Both the position numbers and the translations under genes were made by a program. Positions 50,472-64,000 of a stretch of DNA of 64,000 bases are shown here, piece by piece. Source of the DNA: Chiloscyllium plagiosum (Eukaryota). The stretch spans positions 81,764,850-81,828,849 of the forward strand of contig NC_057719.1 of assembly GCF_004010195.1 (NCBI RefSeq), given 5' to 3'. Numbering within the stretch: position 1 is the stretch's first letter; every line of letters begins with the position of its first letter. Below the pieces are notes generated by a model that saw only the letters and a list, made by a program, of their open reading frames with translations, did not search any database and was not told the origin of the DNA.

Positions 50472-51069
50472 TGTGATGATGCTTGTCACTTTAAGAGGTT
50501 ATTTTATCCTGTTTTTTTTTATGAAGAGAGATTGTAAGACAGAGGTATAAAGCTGTCTCTAAGAAAGTAAACAATTTGTAAGGCCTTGGGTTTTTTGTAA
50601 GTTGGAACAATGGAAGCAGCTTGGGTGTGCCAGGCTTTTGAGTTATTTTTAACTTTTTAGGTTTAGGTCACAAATGAGTTGGAATCTTCAGTAAAGTCTA
50701 CTAGCTGCTTTTCTTTCTGAATGTTCTCTTGATGTTTTTTCCTCCTGGATTGGAGAACTGCATGTGAGAATCTGTCTGAATTTGCCTTTATGCTAAGGGG
50801 TGTGTATATGGGATGTTATTATAGTGGAACAGTTAATTAGTAATAGGTGCTGTATCTATTATTCGGTTAAGTTTTTCAATAGTTGTTATTCTCAATTCCT
50901 CTTTCTTTAGTTTGACTTTAACTGTAGTGTTTAATTAAGTTGTGGTTTCTTAACTTTGCATAGTTTGACCACATTGCATCTAGAACACGGCTATCTTTAA
51001 AGTAAGAAAAATTAGGGTCTAAGCTCCCTTCTTAAAATATATTGAGGGGGTCTGGTCTGGTCCATAACT
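50472..51069 (+). mobile_element. Solo LTR, same family as 36960-37593
   Basis: tgtgatgatg...ttgagggggtctggtctggtccataact. Flanks gaca/caca (3 of 4 match). Confidence 0.8.
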
Positions 51070-54000
51070 CACATATAAAAAAGAAGTTTTTTTTAGGGCT
51101 GTTCAAGAGTTGGATTAATTGGTACCTCTTTCACAAAGCTGTACTGGCACACTGGATCAAATGGCATCTTTCTGTGTAACTCATTTAACCTTCTAGAACA
51201 TATTATTCATTATAACCAAGGGCTATCATCATAATGGCTACTGGTGAAAGAGTGTGGCATGTTTTGAAAATTTTGACAGCATTGTGAATTGCGTGTATCT
51301 TCTTAGGTTTCTGAGGAACAGCAGGAAAGAAAAACACTGGTTGTTGCCTTCGAAAAGTATTCTCTTGACTGGACAACGACCTACCTTCCCGGTAAGTAAA
51401 ACCTGAAGCCCAGGAAAAAGGCCTGGGGCTGTTAATAACTCAAAAGCTGACTTTGGTTTGGAGCCAAGGCAGTTTTCCAACTGCATGATTAATTGCAGAG
51501 GGTCAAACAAGGGTCGGATGAGATTGTGTGCTGACTGACTTTGCTCGGTTCAGCAGGTTTAGATACACCTTTTGAATATCTACCACCCAATGTACCCCTA
51601 ACTTAAAGTTGCACCTTAATACAGAATGACAATATTTTGCAGCAGTCTTTCAGAAACAAGACATACAGGTTAGTGCATTTTGGCAGTTACATCCAGAGGT
51701 AGGTAAAGTCCATAATCTGCAAAGTACAGCAAATTCCTCCTGAATTCCTTGCCATATGAATTACCTTCCACAGATCCCCTCCATATGAGTACAAATATTC
51801 ACCTGCCTCTGGATCTCCTCCAATGCTGCATTGACATCTTGTACACCCTGATGAAGGGCTTTTGCCTGAAATGTCAATTTTCCTGTTCCTTTGATGCTGC
51901 CTAACCTGCTGTGCTTTTCTCGAGCCACACTCTTGACTCTAGTCTCTAGCATCTGCTGTACTCACTTTCGCCATCTTGTACACTCATCTCCCTCAGACCG
52001 AGACCTGTGCTATGTTTCAGCCATTGCACTTCAGTGGAAGTGAGTGAATGAAGTCTACATATACTGCTCCTTCATGAGAATTGTGTTTCACCTGCCCTTC
52101 AGTGCCAAATGTACAGGTGGCCAGTTTAACATCTCTAGGTAAATTTACATTGTTCTATTCTCGTGATCAGGCCCGAATTTGTAGCAACCATTTGGCATCT
52201 GTTTGTTTTGACCCTTTCAGCAAACTAATAGCCATGGAACTCTACTTGTACGTGGGATGTGGTATCATTGGCTGGGTCAGCATTTATTGACTATCACAAA
52301 TTGCCCCTTGATCTGAATAACTAGCTAGGGCCATTTCAGAGGGTGTTTAAGAGTCAATCACCTTGCTCTGGAATCACATTTAGTCTGGATTAATTTCCTT
52401 CAAGAGTATTAGTGAGCTAGATGTCTTTTTTAAAAAAGTAAGAATTGGCAGTAGTTGCACGATTGACATCAGCCTGGTTTTCTTTAATCCCAGTGTCTAT
52501 TCCATTGAATTAATCAGCTATGGTGGAACTTGAACCCATATTCTGCTGGGTATGAACCTAGGTGTACTGCATTAGTAGGCCAATCACATTGCCACTGCAT
52601 CATTTCCACCCCAAGCTCAGAAGATGTATTTTGCATTTTACAGCATTGAGAAACATTCGCCCAAGAAAGATTCTCAATGAAGGAAAGATGTTTGTCATTG
52701 GTCCCATAGTAAATAACTTCAGCTTATTTGCAAAACACCTTTACATTAAAATTGCAGTTTGTTTCACATGTGGCACTGAGAAACATGAACATTGGCCGAA
52801 AGTATGGTCAAAATGATATGTTGAAGGGCCTTTTAAAAGGCTGTGAGGCAAGATGGAGGAGGTTAGCAAGGGTGCATCAGGGTGCGATGAAAGTCCATCT
52901 ATATTAGCTATAACATTGGTGGTATTTTTCTCTGTGACTCTGAAGCTTGTGGGCATTGTGTTTTCTATCTTACACAACTGCACAATATTGCAAACTCATT
53001 TAGATGAGCTCTTTTATTTGAATAGATTAAACAATGCACAATATTTAGGAGGCAAGTTAAGACTTTGGGTCTCTCCGACTGCTTCTGTCATCTGCTCGAC
53101 AATTGTATGTGTACACACTTGTAACATATCCAGTCTGGTGATGCTCAGCAGGTTTAAATACACCCCTTGAAATTCTACCATACAATATACTCCTTCACTC
53201 TAACTTAAAGTTGTACCTTAAATAATTAGAACAATACATGACTTCAAAAGAAAACTTGTTTAAAAATGAGGCTATACAAAGCTTTGCACATCTCCTGTCC
53301 AGTCATAACCTGTTTGCCTCACTCTGTCTAAGCACCCTATGATCTGTATGTCCTTGTTTGTAAAGATCTGCCTGTACTGCTCGCAAAACAAAACTTTTTA
53401 CTGTACTTAGGTACATGTGACTACAGTAAATCAAATCAAATCAAGTGGATGAATCACAGAAGCATTATGGAGCTTTGCTGATATGCCCAGACTTGGTTAT
53501 TCTGATGTTGTTTTGAGATTCTGAGAGTTCTGTTGGTCAGTAGGAGTACTGTGCTTGTGTTTCAGTTCATGTTCAACAATCCATGTACAAATAATACCCA
53601 TGACATGATTGTGGTCCTGGACAGATGCCAAAGGTTTCTGTTAGATTCTGGGTTCCATTGACTGGGTCTTGGAATACATTTATCCAGTGGTTAAGTTGAA
53701 GAATTCTTTGCCCTCATGCTTGTCTTGTGCATCCTTCATCTTCCCCTGTTTTTCAATGAACGCATCAAACCTCCTGATGTCATTGGTCAACTCACCATTC
53801 TTTTGAACATCTGTCCAATCTACTGGGGTTCATTGTCAGAAGCACCTCAAATAAACTAAAGGCTGAACCCAGCACCTAAGCTGGAAATGTCTTGTAATTG
53901 ACAGATAACAGGAAATGTTTGAGCAGTTATCACCATTCCCAAGGAATCATTTCTTCTTATTTATCCTTCTATGGGATAAGGACATTGCTGGAAAAGCCAG

Positions 54001-56254
54001 CATTTGCTGCCCATTCTTAATTGTCCATTAGATGGCTTGCATAGCCATCTTAGAGGGAAGTTGAGATCAACTACATTGCTGTATATCTAGGGTTCCATTA
54101 AAAAGAGGTAAGGGCAGCAAACGTCCTTCCCAAAGAGTATTAGTAAATCAGAAGGGCTTTTAATGACAGCCAATATCAGTTGCATGGTCATCATTACTGA
54201 GAGTAGCTTTCAATCCTGGATTTACAAATGAAGTCCACTATCTATCACAGTGGGATTATGAACCCTTGTCCCATGCTCATTACTAGTTCAGTGACATTAC
54301 CACAATACTATCAAACACAGTCTTCCATAACTGTTGCAATAAAGGATCACTGAATGTTTCAGCTCCAACAACCCTCAAGGAGCTCAGTACTATCCTGCAT
54401 CAATCAGCTTACTTCAGCGACTCCCCATCACCAGCTGAAACATTCACTTGCTCCCACATGTACGTTTGGGCAGTGACAGCAGTATGTATCATTCTCGATC
54501 AACAGCATCTTCCCAGTGCACAACCTCCATCATCCAGAAGGACAAAGGCTACAGTAGGATGGGAATGCAAGTGCCAGGATGTCCTTCTCCCTATACACAC
54601 ACCATCCTGATATGGAACTACTTCAGCGTTCTTTCGCTGTCACTGGATCAAAATTGTGGAGCTCTCTCCTTAACAATACTGTAACTAGATCATATGAAGT
54701 GCAATGGCTTATGAATGTTGCCAACTACTAAGTTCTCCAAGGGTAAGATGGAATGGGCAATAAATTTCAGCTTGGCCAACAATGGCCACATTCCATGAAT
54801 GAACAAAAGAAAACTAATTTGATTTGTCAAGTTTCGTCATTTCAAGTTCATTGGCATCTCTAATTATAACATCACATGTACTTAAAATCATAGGCAAGGC
54901 AATGTGTCTCCCACACTCTGTACTAGGTGGCTGCTATATCAGAGCAATGTCTGTGGAACTGTGCTGTAATTATTGTTTAAACTGAGAGATTGGGCAAGGA
55001 TGTGCGCTCATAAGGAAGTACCAATGGGAAATAATCCTTCATTTCTATCAAACATAAATGACTAATAACGAAAGTATCTTGACAAAAAAAAATCAGATTA
55101 TCTGTAATATCCCTGTGGAGGTGGGCCTTTTTTAGTTGGGATGCTCCAGCCATCTTGAGTGGGGCTGACCAACTATCGCTTCCTACTGGTCATTCCCACA
55201 AGTTCATACTTAAGTAATAATCAGAAAGGAGTCAGATCATTTAGAGCAAATTTTATTGAAGTATGTTTAATTATGTAATGTGCCTATTTTCTTGCCCTTT
55301 TTTAAACAACTTTAACCGTTTGATTTTTTTTCTAACCTATTGCTCCCTTTGACTAATTTTGCCTCCACAGACATAACTTGCAAACCTCTTCCTCCTTTAC
55401 ATCTCTCTCCCTGTTTGTTTCCCACGTGTTGCCTGACTGCCGCTATTCATTCCAGGGTTGATGAGGAGGAAATCATTTCTTACAAACTGGAACTGATAAC
55501 AGTCTGATGAAGTAATTTGCTTAATGATCCAAACCTCTTTGTTAAATGATGAAGATGTGAGACCCTGAGGAATCCATTGATATATCTCATGAATATTACA
55601 GAATGGAGGGCTTGACCATGTAGTTTCAAAAGGCTGCACAGACATTCAATATCATGGCTGATGTTTGGTCTTAGTCCCAATTTCCCTTCCAGTCCTCAAT
55701 ACTATTGGAATCCAAGAAACAATTGATCTCTCTTCTGAACATATTCAATGAGGGAAAACATACAACTTCCTGCAGTACAGAGTTCCAAACATTCATAATT
55801 GTCTGAGTGAGGAAGCTCTCTTCATTTTAATATGAAATTATTTCCCCCTAATCTTCAGACTACATCCCACAGTTCCAAAATCTCTAGCCAGGGGAAACAA
55901 CTTTTCAGCATCTACCCTATCACAACTTTCAGAAGTTCTGATCACAAGACAGTGTGACCAAAGGAGGATGGGAATGCGAACTGCCAATTCATGCCAGTTT
56001 AGAAGAGGCCAGTTCATATGGGGCACGTATATTCACTCACAAGCATTGTGCAGTCAATTAAGCGAATTTAAGTGTCTACTACATTCCCTCTCCCACTCAT
56101 CACAGGAACCTTCCTGTTGGGCCCTGGGTGAGTTAGGAGAAGGGGCGAGCTGCCTGACAGAAGACTAGGCGTCCAGTACTCCTGTTTTCTTTTTAAAATT
56201 CTCCAAAGCCACAGCATATATATGGCTACAACTGTTAGGGCCCCTGCTGTATGA

Positions 56255-56440
56255 TTGTCAAGTTGGTTCAGTGCGCAGCTTGCAATTAAAGTGATGCTAA
56301 CAATGTGAGTTCAATTCCCACACTGGCTGAGGTTACCATGAAGGACTCTCCTTCTCAATTTCACCCTTGGGATAAATCACCACTGGTTCTCTCTCTCTCT
56401 GTCATTAGAGAGCAGCTTTATGATCTGGTAAGATTATTGC
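56255..56440 (+). mobile_element. Other tRNA-derived SINE
   Basis: B-box-like gagttcaattcc preceded by a tRNA-like head. Confidence 0.5.
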
Positions 56441-56689
56441 TCTTCACCTATTGCCATCCTATTTAACCTGCTTGTCCTCCTTTCAACTTACTTTTACATC
56501 CAGCTTTGCATTGTTAGTAAATGTTTGGTGTCATAATCTAAGTCATTTTGATTGTAAAAGGCTGGGCATCCAGTAATTAGCCTTACACCTTGATGCATGC
56601 ATCATGCAAACTTAAGAAGGCTCCCTTTAAGCCTCCTTCCTGCTTATTATCACTTAAGCAATATCCCTGTTAATATCTGACCATAATGC

Positions 56690-56920
56690 AGAAGCTTTAA
56701 CATTGTATACTGACCTGTGATGTAGTATACCAAGTTGTGTATGAACTTTTAACATTCTGTGCCAAATTTTAATGTTTTCTACAAGCCTTTAATATTGTAT
56801 ATCAATACTTAATGTTGTATACTAGTCTTTAACGTTCAATACCAAATATTTAATGTTGTATACTAGCCTTTAACATTCTATACCAATATTTAATATTTAT
56901 TACCAATATTTAATGTTTAT
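56690..56920. repeat. AT-rich ~20-21 bp minisatellite
   Basis: Alternating tttaacattgtataccaata / ttaatgttgtatactagcc units. Confidence 0.8.
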
Positions 56921-58096
56921 GCAGCACTATATTCAAATCATTTTGAAATTCCTGGTATACTATATCTACTGATTTAGCTTTCTCTACCCTTTCATTAAAT
57001 CCTCAAAAATGTCAAGTAGACTTGTCAAACATGATTTCTCTTTCATAAATCCATGCTGATTTTGTCTAACCATGTTATGATTTTCTAAATGTCTTTTTAG
57101 CAACTCCTTAGTAATAGCTTGCAGTGTTTTCCCAATGACTGATAGAGTCATAGAGCCATACAACACGGAAACAGGCCCTGGTCCAATTCGTCCATGATGA
57201 CCAAGATTCCCAAACTAAACTGATCCCATTGCCTGCATTTGGTCCCTATTCCTCTAAACCTTTCCTATTCATGTACCTGTCCAAATATCTTTTGTAACTG
57301 TACCTGCTTCTATCCAATGTCAAGAAAGCTCTTTTCTTTAATAGTGGAGTTGTATCTCATAACTTCCAGTCCACTGAGACCACTCTCGAATCTGTGGAGC
57401 TTTGGAAGATTAAAAGCAGTACACTCAAATTCTTTAGAGAGAAAGATTGGTACGACAGAGGATAGAGTGCATTGCATTCCCCTCAACAGTATTTTGAGTT
57501 AGTTCCTTACCTTGTTTTGCCACCATTTTTGGGTTTTTTTTTATTGTGTAATAATTGTTGCGAGTGAAATGGGCGATTTGCTGTTGGGTTTTTCAGAATT
57601 TATGAAAATATTAAAAGCAATGCAACCTGTATCGCTGCAGCCATCTCTGTGAAAACCAAAGGAGGTGCAATCACATTTTCTGCCAAATGAACCACATAAT
57701 GAAAAATCAAGTTTCCTCAGTTGACATTCCGGGTGGACATTTCATCAACATAGAAAAACCCATTCCATGTTATATCAAAACAGGATGAAGGAAATAGCAA
57801 AATAAGTTTTATTGTCATGGACTGATGGAACTTAACAACTACCAGATGTGCAAACTTGTCTATGATATGACAAGTTAACTCTTTGTGATCTGTGGCAGTC
57901 CTTGCATTTTTAGCGTCTCCAGTTTGTTAGGACCATTGCACAAGGAAGTCTACTTCTGCAGCAGCTTTCACAATCAGAGGACCTGCAAAACAATTTAAGA
58001 CCATAAGAATAGGAATAGGAGTAGGCCATTCAGCCCCTGAGCCTGTTCCACAATTCAATAGGATCATTGCTGAATTTGCAGGCAATCTTAGTTCTT

Positions 58097-61000
58097 AGAA
58101 CATGGAACATAGAACACAGAAAAGTATGTTCTACTTGGCCCATGATGTTGTGCCTAGCATTAGTCCTAATGTAAAATAAAATAACTTAACCGACGCACGC
58201 CTCAATTCACTGCTATTCATGTGCATGTCCAGCAGTTGCTTAATGTTCCTAATGACTCTGCTTCTACCACCACAGCTGGCAACGCATTCCATGTATTCAC
58301 AACTCTCTGTGGAAAGAACCTTCCTCTGACGTCCCCTATATACCTTTCTCCTAATATCTTAAAACTATGACCCCTCATGCCAGTCATTCCTTCCCTGGGG
58401 AAAGGTCTCTGGCTATTGACTCTATCCATGCCTCTCATTATCTTGTATACCTCAATCAGGTCACCTCTCTTCCTCCTTCCCTCCAAAGAGAAAAGTCCAA
58501 GCTTAGTCAACCTCTCTTCATAAGGCAAGCCCTCCAGTCCAGCAGCATCCTGGTAAACCTTCTTTGCACCTCTCCAAAGCCTCTATATCTTTCGTATAGT
58601 AGGGCAACCAGAACTGGACACAATATTCCAAGTGTGGTCTCATCAGGGACTTGTAGAGCTATAGCAAAACCTTGCAACTCTTAAACTCCCCCGTTAATGA
58701 AAGCCAAAACACCATATGCTTTCTTAACAACCCTATCCACATGGGTAGCAACTTTGAGGGATCTATGTACTTGAACACCAAGATCCATCTGTTCCTCCAC
58801 ACTGCCAAGAATCCTGTCTTTAATCCTATATTCCGCATTCGAGTTTGATCTTCCAAAATGCATCGCTTCACATTTATCCAGGTTGAACTCCATGTGCCAT
58901 TTCTTAGCCCAGCTCTGCATCCTGTCTATGTCGTGCTGCAGCCTGCAACGGCCCTCGATACTATCGACAACACCTCCAACCTTTGTGTCATCTGCAAATT
59001 TACTAACCCATCTCTCAACCTCCTCATCCAACTCATTTATAAAAACTACAAAGAGCAGAGGCCCAAGAACAGAACCCTGCAGGACCCCAATCAGCACTGA
59101 CCTCCAGGCAGAATACTTTCCATCAAAACCACTCTCTGCCTTCTGTCAGCCAACTAATTCTGAATCCAGATAGCCAAACCTCTCTGTATTCCATACCTCC
59201 TGACTTTATGAATGAGCCTACCAGAGGAACCTTATCAAATGCCTTGCTGAAGTACATATACACCACATCTGCAGCTCGACCTTCGTCAACCTGTCTTGTT
59301 GCCTCCTCAAAGAACTTAATAAGATTAGTGAGGTTCTGGATTAGTGGTGCTGGAAGAGCACAGCAGTTCAGGCAGCATCCAAGGAGCTTCGAAATCGACG
59401 TTTCGGGCAAAAGCCCTTCAGATTAATGAGGCATGACCTGCCCCTCACAAAGCCATGCTGACTGCCTTTAATCATGCTATGCTTTTCCAAATAGTCATAA
59501 ATCCTATCCCACAGAATTCTTTCCAAACCTTGCTGACCACAGATGTAAGACTGACTGGTCTGTAATTACTAGGGATTTCCTTATTACTCTTCTTGAAAAG
59601 AGGAACATTTCCAATCCTCCAATATGACTCCCGTGGAGAGTGAGGAGGCAAAGATCTTCGCCAGTGGCTTAGCAACCTCCTTTCTCGCTTCCCGGAGCAG
59701 CCTAGGATAAATCAGGTCTGGCCCTGGGGACTTACCAATCTTCATGTTTGCCAAAATTTCCAGCACATCAACTTCAACCATCTTGATCTGGTCAGGCCTG
59801 TATCCCAGCCCCTCAAAGTTCTTAGTAAGGTCCCTTTCCTTAGTGAAAACCAAGCAAAAAACTAATTTAGGGCTTCCCCTATCTGCTCAGACTCCACACA
59901 CAACTTCCCTACACTATCCCTGACCAGCCCTACCTTCTCCCTGATCATTCTCTTATTCCTCATGTATGAGTAAAATGCCTTTGTGTTCTCCGTAATCCTT
60001 CTTGCCAAGCATTTCTCGTGCCCCCTCCTGGGTCTCCTTAGTCCATTTCTGAGCTCGTTTCTAGTAAGCCTGTAATCCTCTAAAGCTGTGCTAGATCCTT
60101 GCTTCCTCCACCTTACGTAAGCTGCCTTCTTCCCTTTGACAAGAAGCTCCTCTGTTCTCGTCATCCAAGGCTCCTTAATCTTACCCCTTCTTACCTGTCT
60201 CAGAGGAACAAATTCGTGCATCACTCGGAACAACTGCTCCTTAAACAGTCTCCAGATGTCTGCTGTGCCCTTTCTGTGGAACAATTGCTCCCAGTCTGTG
60301 CTTCCCATCTCCTGTCTAATTGTGTCATACTTTCCTTTTCCCCAACTAAATATCTTTCCTTGGTAACTGCTCCTTTCCCTCTCCAAGGCTATGGTAAATG
60401 TGAGGCAGTTGTGATCACTGTCACCAAAGTGTTCTCCCACTGCGAGATTTGACACCTGTCCTGGCTCATTGCCAAGCACCAAATCCAAAATGGCCTCTCC
60501 CCTCATCGGTCTGTCTACATACTGAGTAAGGAAACCCTCCTGAGCACACCTGACAAAAACAGCTCCATCCAAACCATCTGCACTAAGGAGGTTCCAGTCA
60601 ATCTTGGGAAAGTTGAAATCACCCATAACAACAACCCTGATACAGCTGCAGTTTTCCAAAATCCGCCCGTCTATGAGTTCTTCAATCTCTCTACTGCTAT
60701 TAAGGGGTCTGTAGAAAACCCCCAATGAAGTGGTTGCTCCCTTGCTGTTCCTAACTTCCACCCATACTGACTCAGTAGACAAACCTTCCTCAACAACCTT
60801 CGTTTCTGTAGCTGTAATGGTCTCTCTGATTAGCAATGCTATACCCCCTCCTCTTTTCTCACCCTCCCTGTTATTTTTAAATGTTCTAAACCTTGGAGCC
60901 TCACACAGCCATTCCTGTCCCTGTGAAACCCACATCTCTGTTATGGCCACAGCATCAGAGCCCTGAGTACTGATCCATGCTCTAAGTTCACCACTCTTAT

Positions 61001-61530
61001 TTCTGACACTCCTTGCATTAAAGCAGACACACTTTAACCTATCCCTTTGTTTCATCACATGAGAAACTTTCCCAAAAGATTCATTACATCCTATCACTGC
61101 CCCATCTGCAACTACCTCCCTCTCAGATATGTGACTTTGACTCCCAGGCCCCTGCCAAACTAGTTTAAACCCTCCCGAACCACATGAGCAAATATCCCAT
61201 GCAGGACATTTGTGCCCCTCTAGTTCAGGTGCAACCCATCCTTCATGTATAGGTCCCACCTTCCCCAGAAGGTATCCCAATGGTCTAGGTATCTGAAACC
61301 CTCCCTCCTGCACAAGCCTCACAGCCATGTGTTAAGCTGCATTCACTGACTGTTCCTCACCTCACTATCTCGTGGCACTGGTAGCAAACCTGAGATCACT
61401 ACTCTACTCGTTCTGCTCTTCAGCTTCCAACCTAACTCTCTAGTCACTTTTCAGACCCTCAATCCCTTTCCTGGCTATATTATTGGTACCAATATGTACC
61501 ATGATTTCTGGCTGCTCACCCTGCCCCCTT
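58097..61530 (-). mobile_element. Long CR1 copy: ORF1 esterase end, full APE endonuclease, RT and 3' tail; disrupted
   Basis: ORF 59862-61328 LKCVCFNARSVRNK...AITEMW...MGDFNFP...ILDLVL...GDSDH. RT in 59584-59853, 59123-59410, 58681-59097 (SKFADDTK) and 58217-58528. Penelope-derived insert 59334-59420 with TSD gatta(g/a)tgagg. Confidence 0.95.
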
Positions 61531-63229
61531 CAGAAGCACTTTGCAATGTAACAAACAAGCAACTAATTTGAGTACAACTGGGTTCTGCAAACAATCATGC
61601 AATATGGCTGTCATTTTTTCTCAGTGATACTGGTTGATGATGATGAGCAGGGGGAGAACAGCCCTTGGCTTCTTTAGAAGTGTCAATGGAATATTTTCTT
61701 TCCACCTTAGAGGTCGGACAGGTGCTCAGTTTAATGTTTCATCTGAAAGAAGTCGCCTGCAATAATGGAGCGTTCTCTTAATACTGGAGTGTCAAAGAAA
61801 GAAGATAACTGCTGTGCAAATTATCAGGCCCATACATAACGATAGGCAGCTAAGCTAAGGGTTGGAAGCACTCAAGAGGTTGTTTCATGTGCCTGCGCTT
61901 CAGGGATGGCACTCCAAACATTGCCAATGCTAAAGATTTATGCCTGATTTTGAAAGGAAAATAAAGCACAGCTGGAAATCCATGGCGATGGAGGTAAGCC
62001 AAAAATATGAGTGGGTTGAATGCTTATTTTCATCGATGAATTATTAATGAGATAGTTGTTCTCTTGCCAATGCCAGTAAACTGGAAGAATCAAGAACACA
62101 TCCTGAAAACAACTGTAGAGGATGGATTTTTCCACATTAGTTATCTGATGGGTCGAAAGCAGAAGCAAATGTTACACTGACGAAGTCAAACGGCCGCGAA
62201 CAATACCAAAGGCCAAAGTGCTGTTACATAGAAATGTTGTGTTTGTTTTAAAGATTGTTTCACTTGAAAAGGCTAAAAACAGGTACCTGAACCATGTTTT
62301 TCAAAGTTTCTTTTATTTTAAAGACATTTATGGCGTAATCACATTTCAGGGTTTATGGCTTTGTTTTGAATATTGTCTGTTTCTCTCTTGGAGTACAGTG
62401 TACTGAAAGATGGAGAAAAGCAACTCGACTCATCCTTTGGCTTTTTGAGAAAACCTTTGCAGTTGCTCCCCAAAAAAGCATCTGAATTCTTAATAACGCC
62501 TGGACAAACATATCTGCAGATATACCAGTGACAGCTGCCTGCGTTTAGTGACACCCATTTCCATGGACCAGTATGACACCCATTTCATGTCTGAAAGCCA
62601 TTTGAGCTACTTGTACTTATTTTTGCTTTCCCTTCAAGAACTAACAATTATTTTGCTAACGGTTTTGTTTTCAAAAGTAAGGTCTGCAGAAAAGGTTCTG
62701 CAATCTTTAATTGACGTGTGTCTCTTGCGGGGACTCTTCAAGAGGGTGGAGGTGGTCATTTAGAAGCTTAAATATTTTCACTATCCTATTTCAAGCAGTG
62801 TGTAAATCAGCTTTCTTCTTTGTCCAAATGAGCATTTTTAGAAATATAATAAAACAATACTTTATGTCTACACAATGGATTTTTAAAATTCATAATTTAA
62901 TAGTGTGAAAGTGTATAATTGATTATATTGGTAACAGGGTAAAGCATTTAAACGGAGATCGTGACCAGTGGAATAGTGTGACTGGAAATAAACAGTATAC
63001 TCTCCAAACTCTTTCGCCAAATAAAACTGGTGACTCATTGTCCAGGATAACCCAAAGTCAGAAATGTGTAATCGGAAACAGGGTAATTATCACTGAAACA
63101 GTAGAAAGAAAGGTGCCAGATTTCCTCTGTATTAGAGGAATACTAATATTGTTGTCGTGGCTACGTTTGATGCAGCTGAGTTTGTGCAGGTGCGTGAGAA
63201 AGATTAGACATTTTTAAAGGAATTGTTAA

Positions 63230-63790
63230 CCGCATAATTGCTGAATGAGGAAGTTCACTTGCAATTCAATATTGGACAGAAAGCTAGGAAAGCTAAACTT
63301 CAGGAGAAAGTGAGGACTGCAGATGCTGGAGAGTCAGGGTCAAAAAGTCAGAATGAAGTTTGAAAAGTCAAAGAGTCAGATTGAAGGGTTTTTGCCTGAA
63401 ACGTCAATTCCCCTGCTCCTCAGATGCTGCCTGACCTGCTGTGCTTTTTCCAGCACCACACTTTTCGAAGCTTAACTTCAGAAACTAGTGGCTGGAGAGT
63501 TGAAGACTGGAATGAGAGAGCCAGGCGAACATATAGATTCTGAAGAAAATGTTATATTGGCACTGATTCTGTTACAAAAATGAAGTTGGATCTAGAATCT
63601 CAGAGACAAAAGAAAAGGAGAATGAAATGGCAGTTAAGAAGCTAAAACAAGAACTAAAAACGGAAAGAAAAAGGAGCAAAAAGAGAAAAAAGGGGAAAGG
63701 AAGGAAATGAAAAATGGGATTCCAGTTTTAAATTAAGGAATTGAAAATGAAAATGTCTCTGATTCTGGGTTTAGTTCTGATGAGGAAAGA
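63230..63790 (+). mobile_element. Possible Gypsy gag-like coiled-coil remnant with a nested Penelope-derived short repeat (63304-63467)
   Basis: Purine-rich, E/K-coding-like decayed sequence. The nested repeat is flanked by aagct(a/t)aacttcag at 63290-63303 and 63468-63481. Confidence 0.4.
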
Positions 63791-63829
63791 CTATAAAACC
63801 AAAAGATGTAGGCGCAGAAGTAATTACAG

Positions 63830-64000
63830 CCCCTACAGTGCAGAAACAGGCCATTTGGTCCAACAAGTCCACACTGACACATTCCCCCTACCCGATTGTG
63901 CTGCATTTCCCCTGGCTAATACACCTAACCTACACATCCATGAACGTTATGGGCAATTTACCATGGTCAATTAACCTAATCCGCACATCTTTGGACTGTG
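63830..64000 (-). mobile_element. HE1-like SINE, 3' part, truncated by the window edge
   Basis: Matches the other SINE copies. Confidence 0.85.

Noticed and set aside
59862..61328. 488-aa ORF as a host gene or active LINE
   Set aside because: It is the CR1 endonuclease region. The downstream RT is broken by stops, frameshifts and an insertion.

Overview
Vertebrate genomic DNA, almost certainly from a cartilaginous fish and probably a carpet/bamboo-type shark, judged from HE1-like tRNA V-SINEs, DeuSINE (SacSINE1-like) remnants, abundant CR1 LINEs and Penelope-derived short repeats. Most of the window is decayed transposable elements: CR1 and other LINE RT/endonuclease fragments, two Gypsy remnants plus solo LTRs, a Penelope GIY-YIG remnant, Harbinger remnants, a TA-flanked Tc1/pogo-type MITE and several minisatellites. 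Nearly all ORFs in the supplied track are TE remnants or chance ORFs. The only host gene I can support is the 5' end of a minus-strand gene running off the left edge. It has a YY1-rich CpG-island promoter with leader exons at about 5.6-6.0 kb and an internal leader exon at 1-122. These resemble my recollection of the human EIF4G3 5' leader; this identification is from memory and needs a BLAST check. A second CpG-rich promoter-like region at about 9.4-10 kb holds a clean exon (gccATGG, 19 codons ending in a hydrophobic run, phase-1 GTAAGT donor) whose frame stays open through the 1-122 exon. A roughly 83-bp inverted repeat lies just inside its intron. Penelope-derived repeats carry hammerhead-ribozyme-like cores. 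I found no convincing wholly new system. The best leads are the alternative leader/uORF architecture, the intronic hairpin and the ribozyme-bearing mini-insertions.
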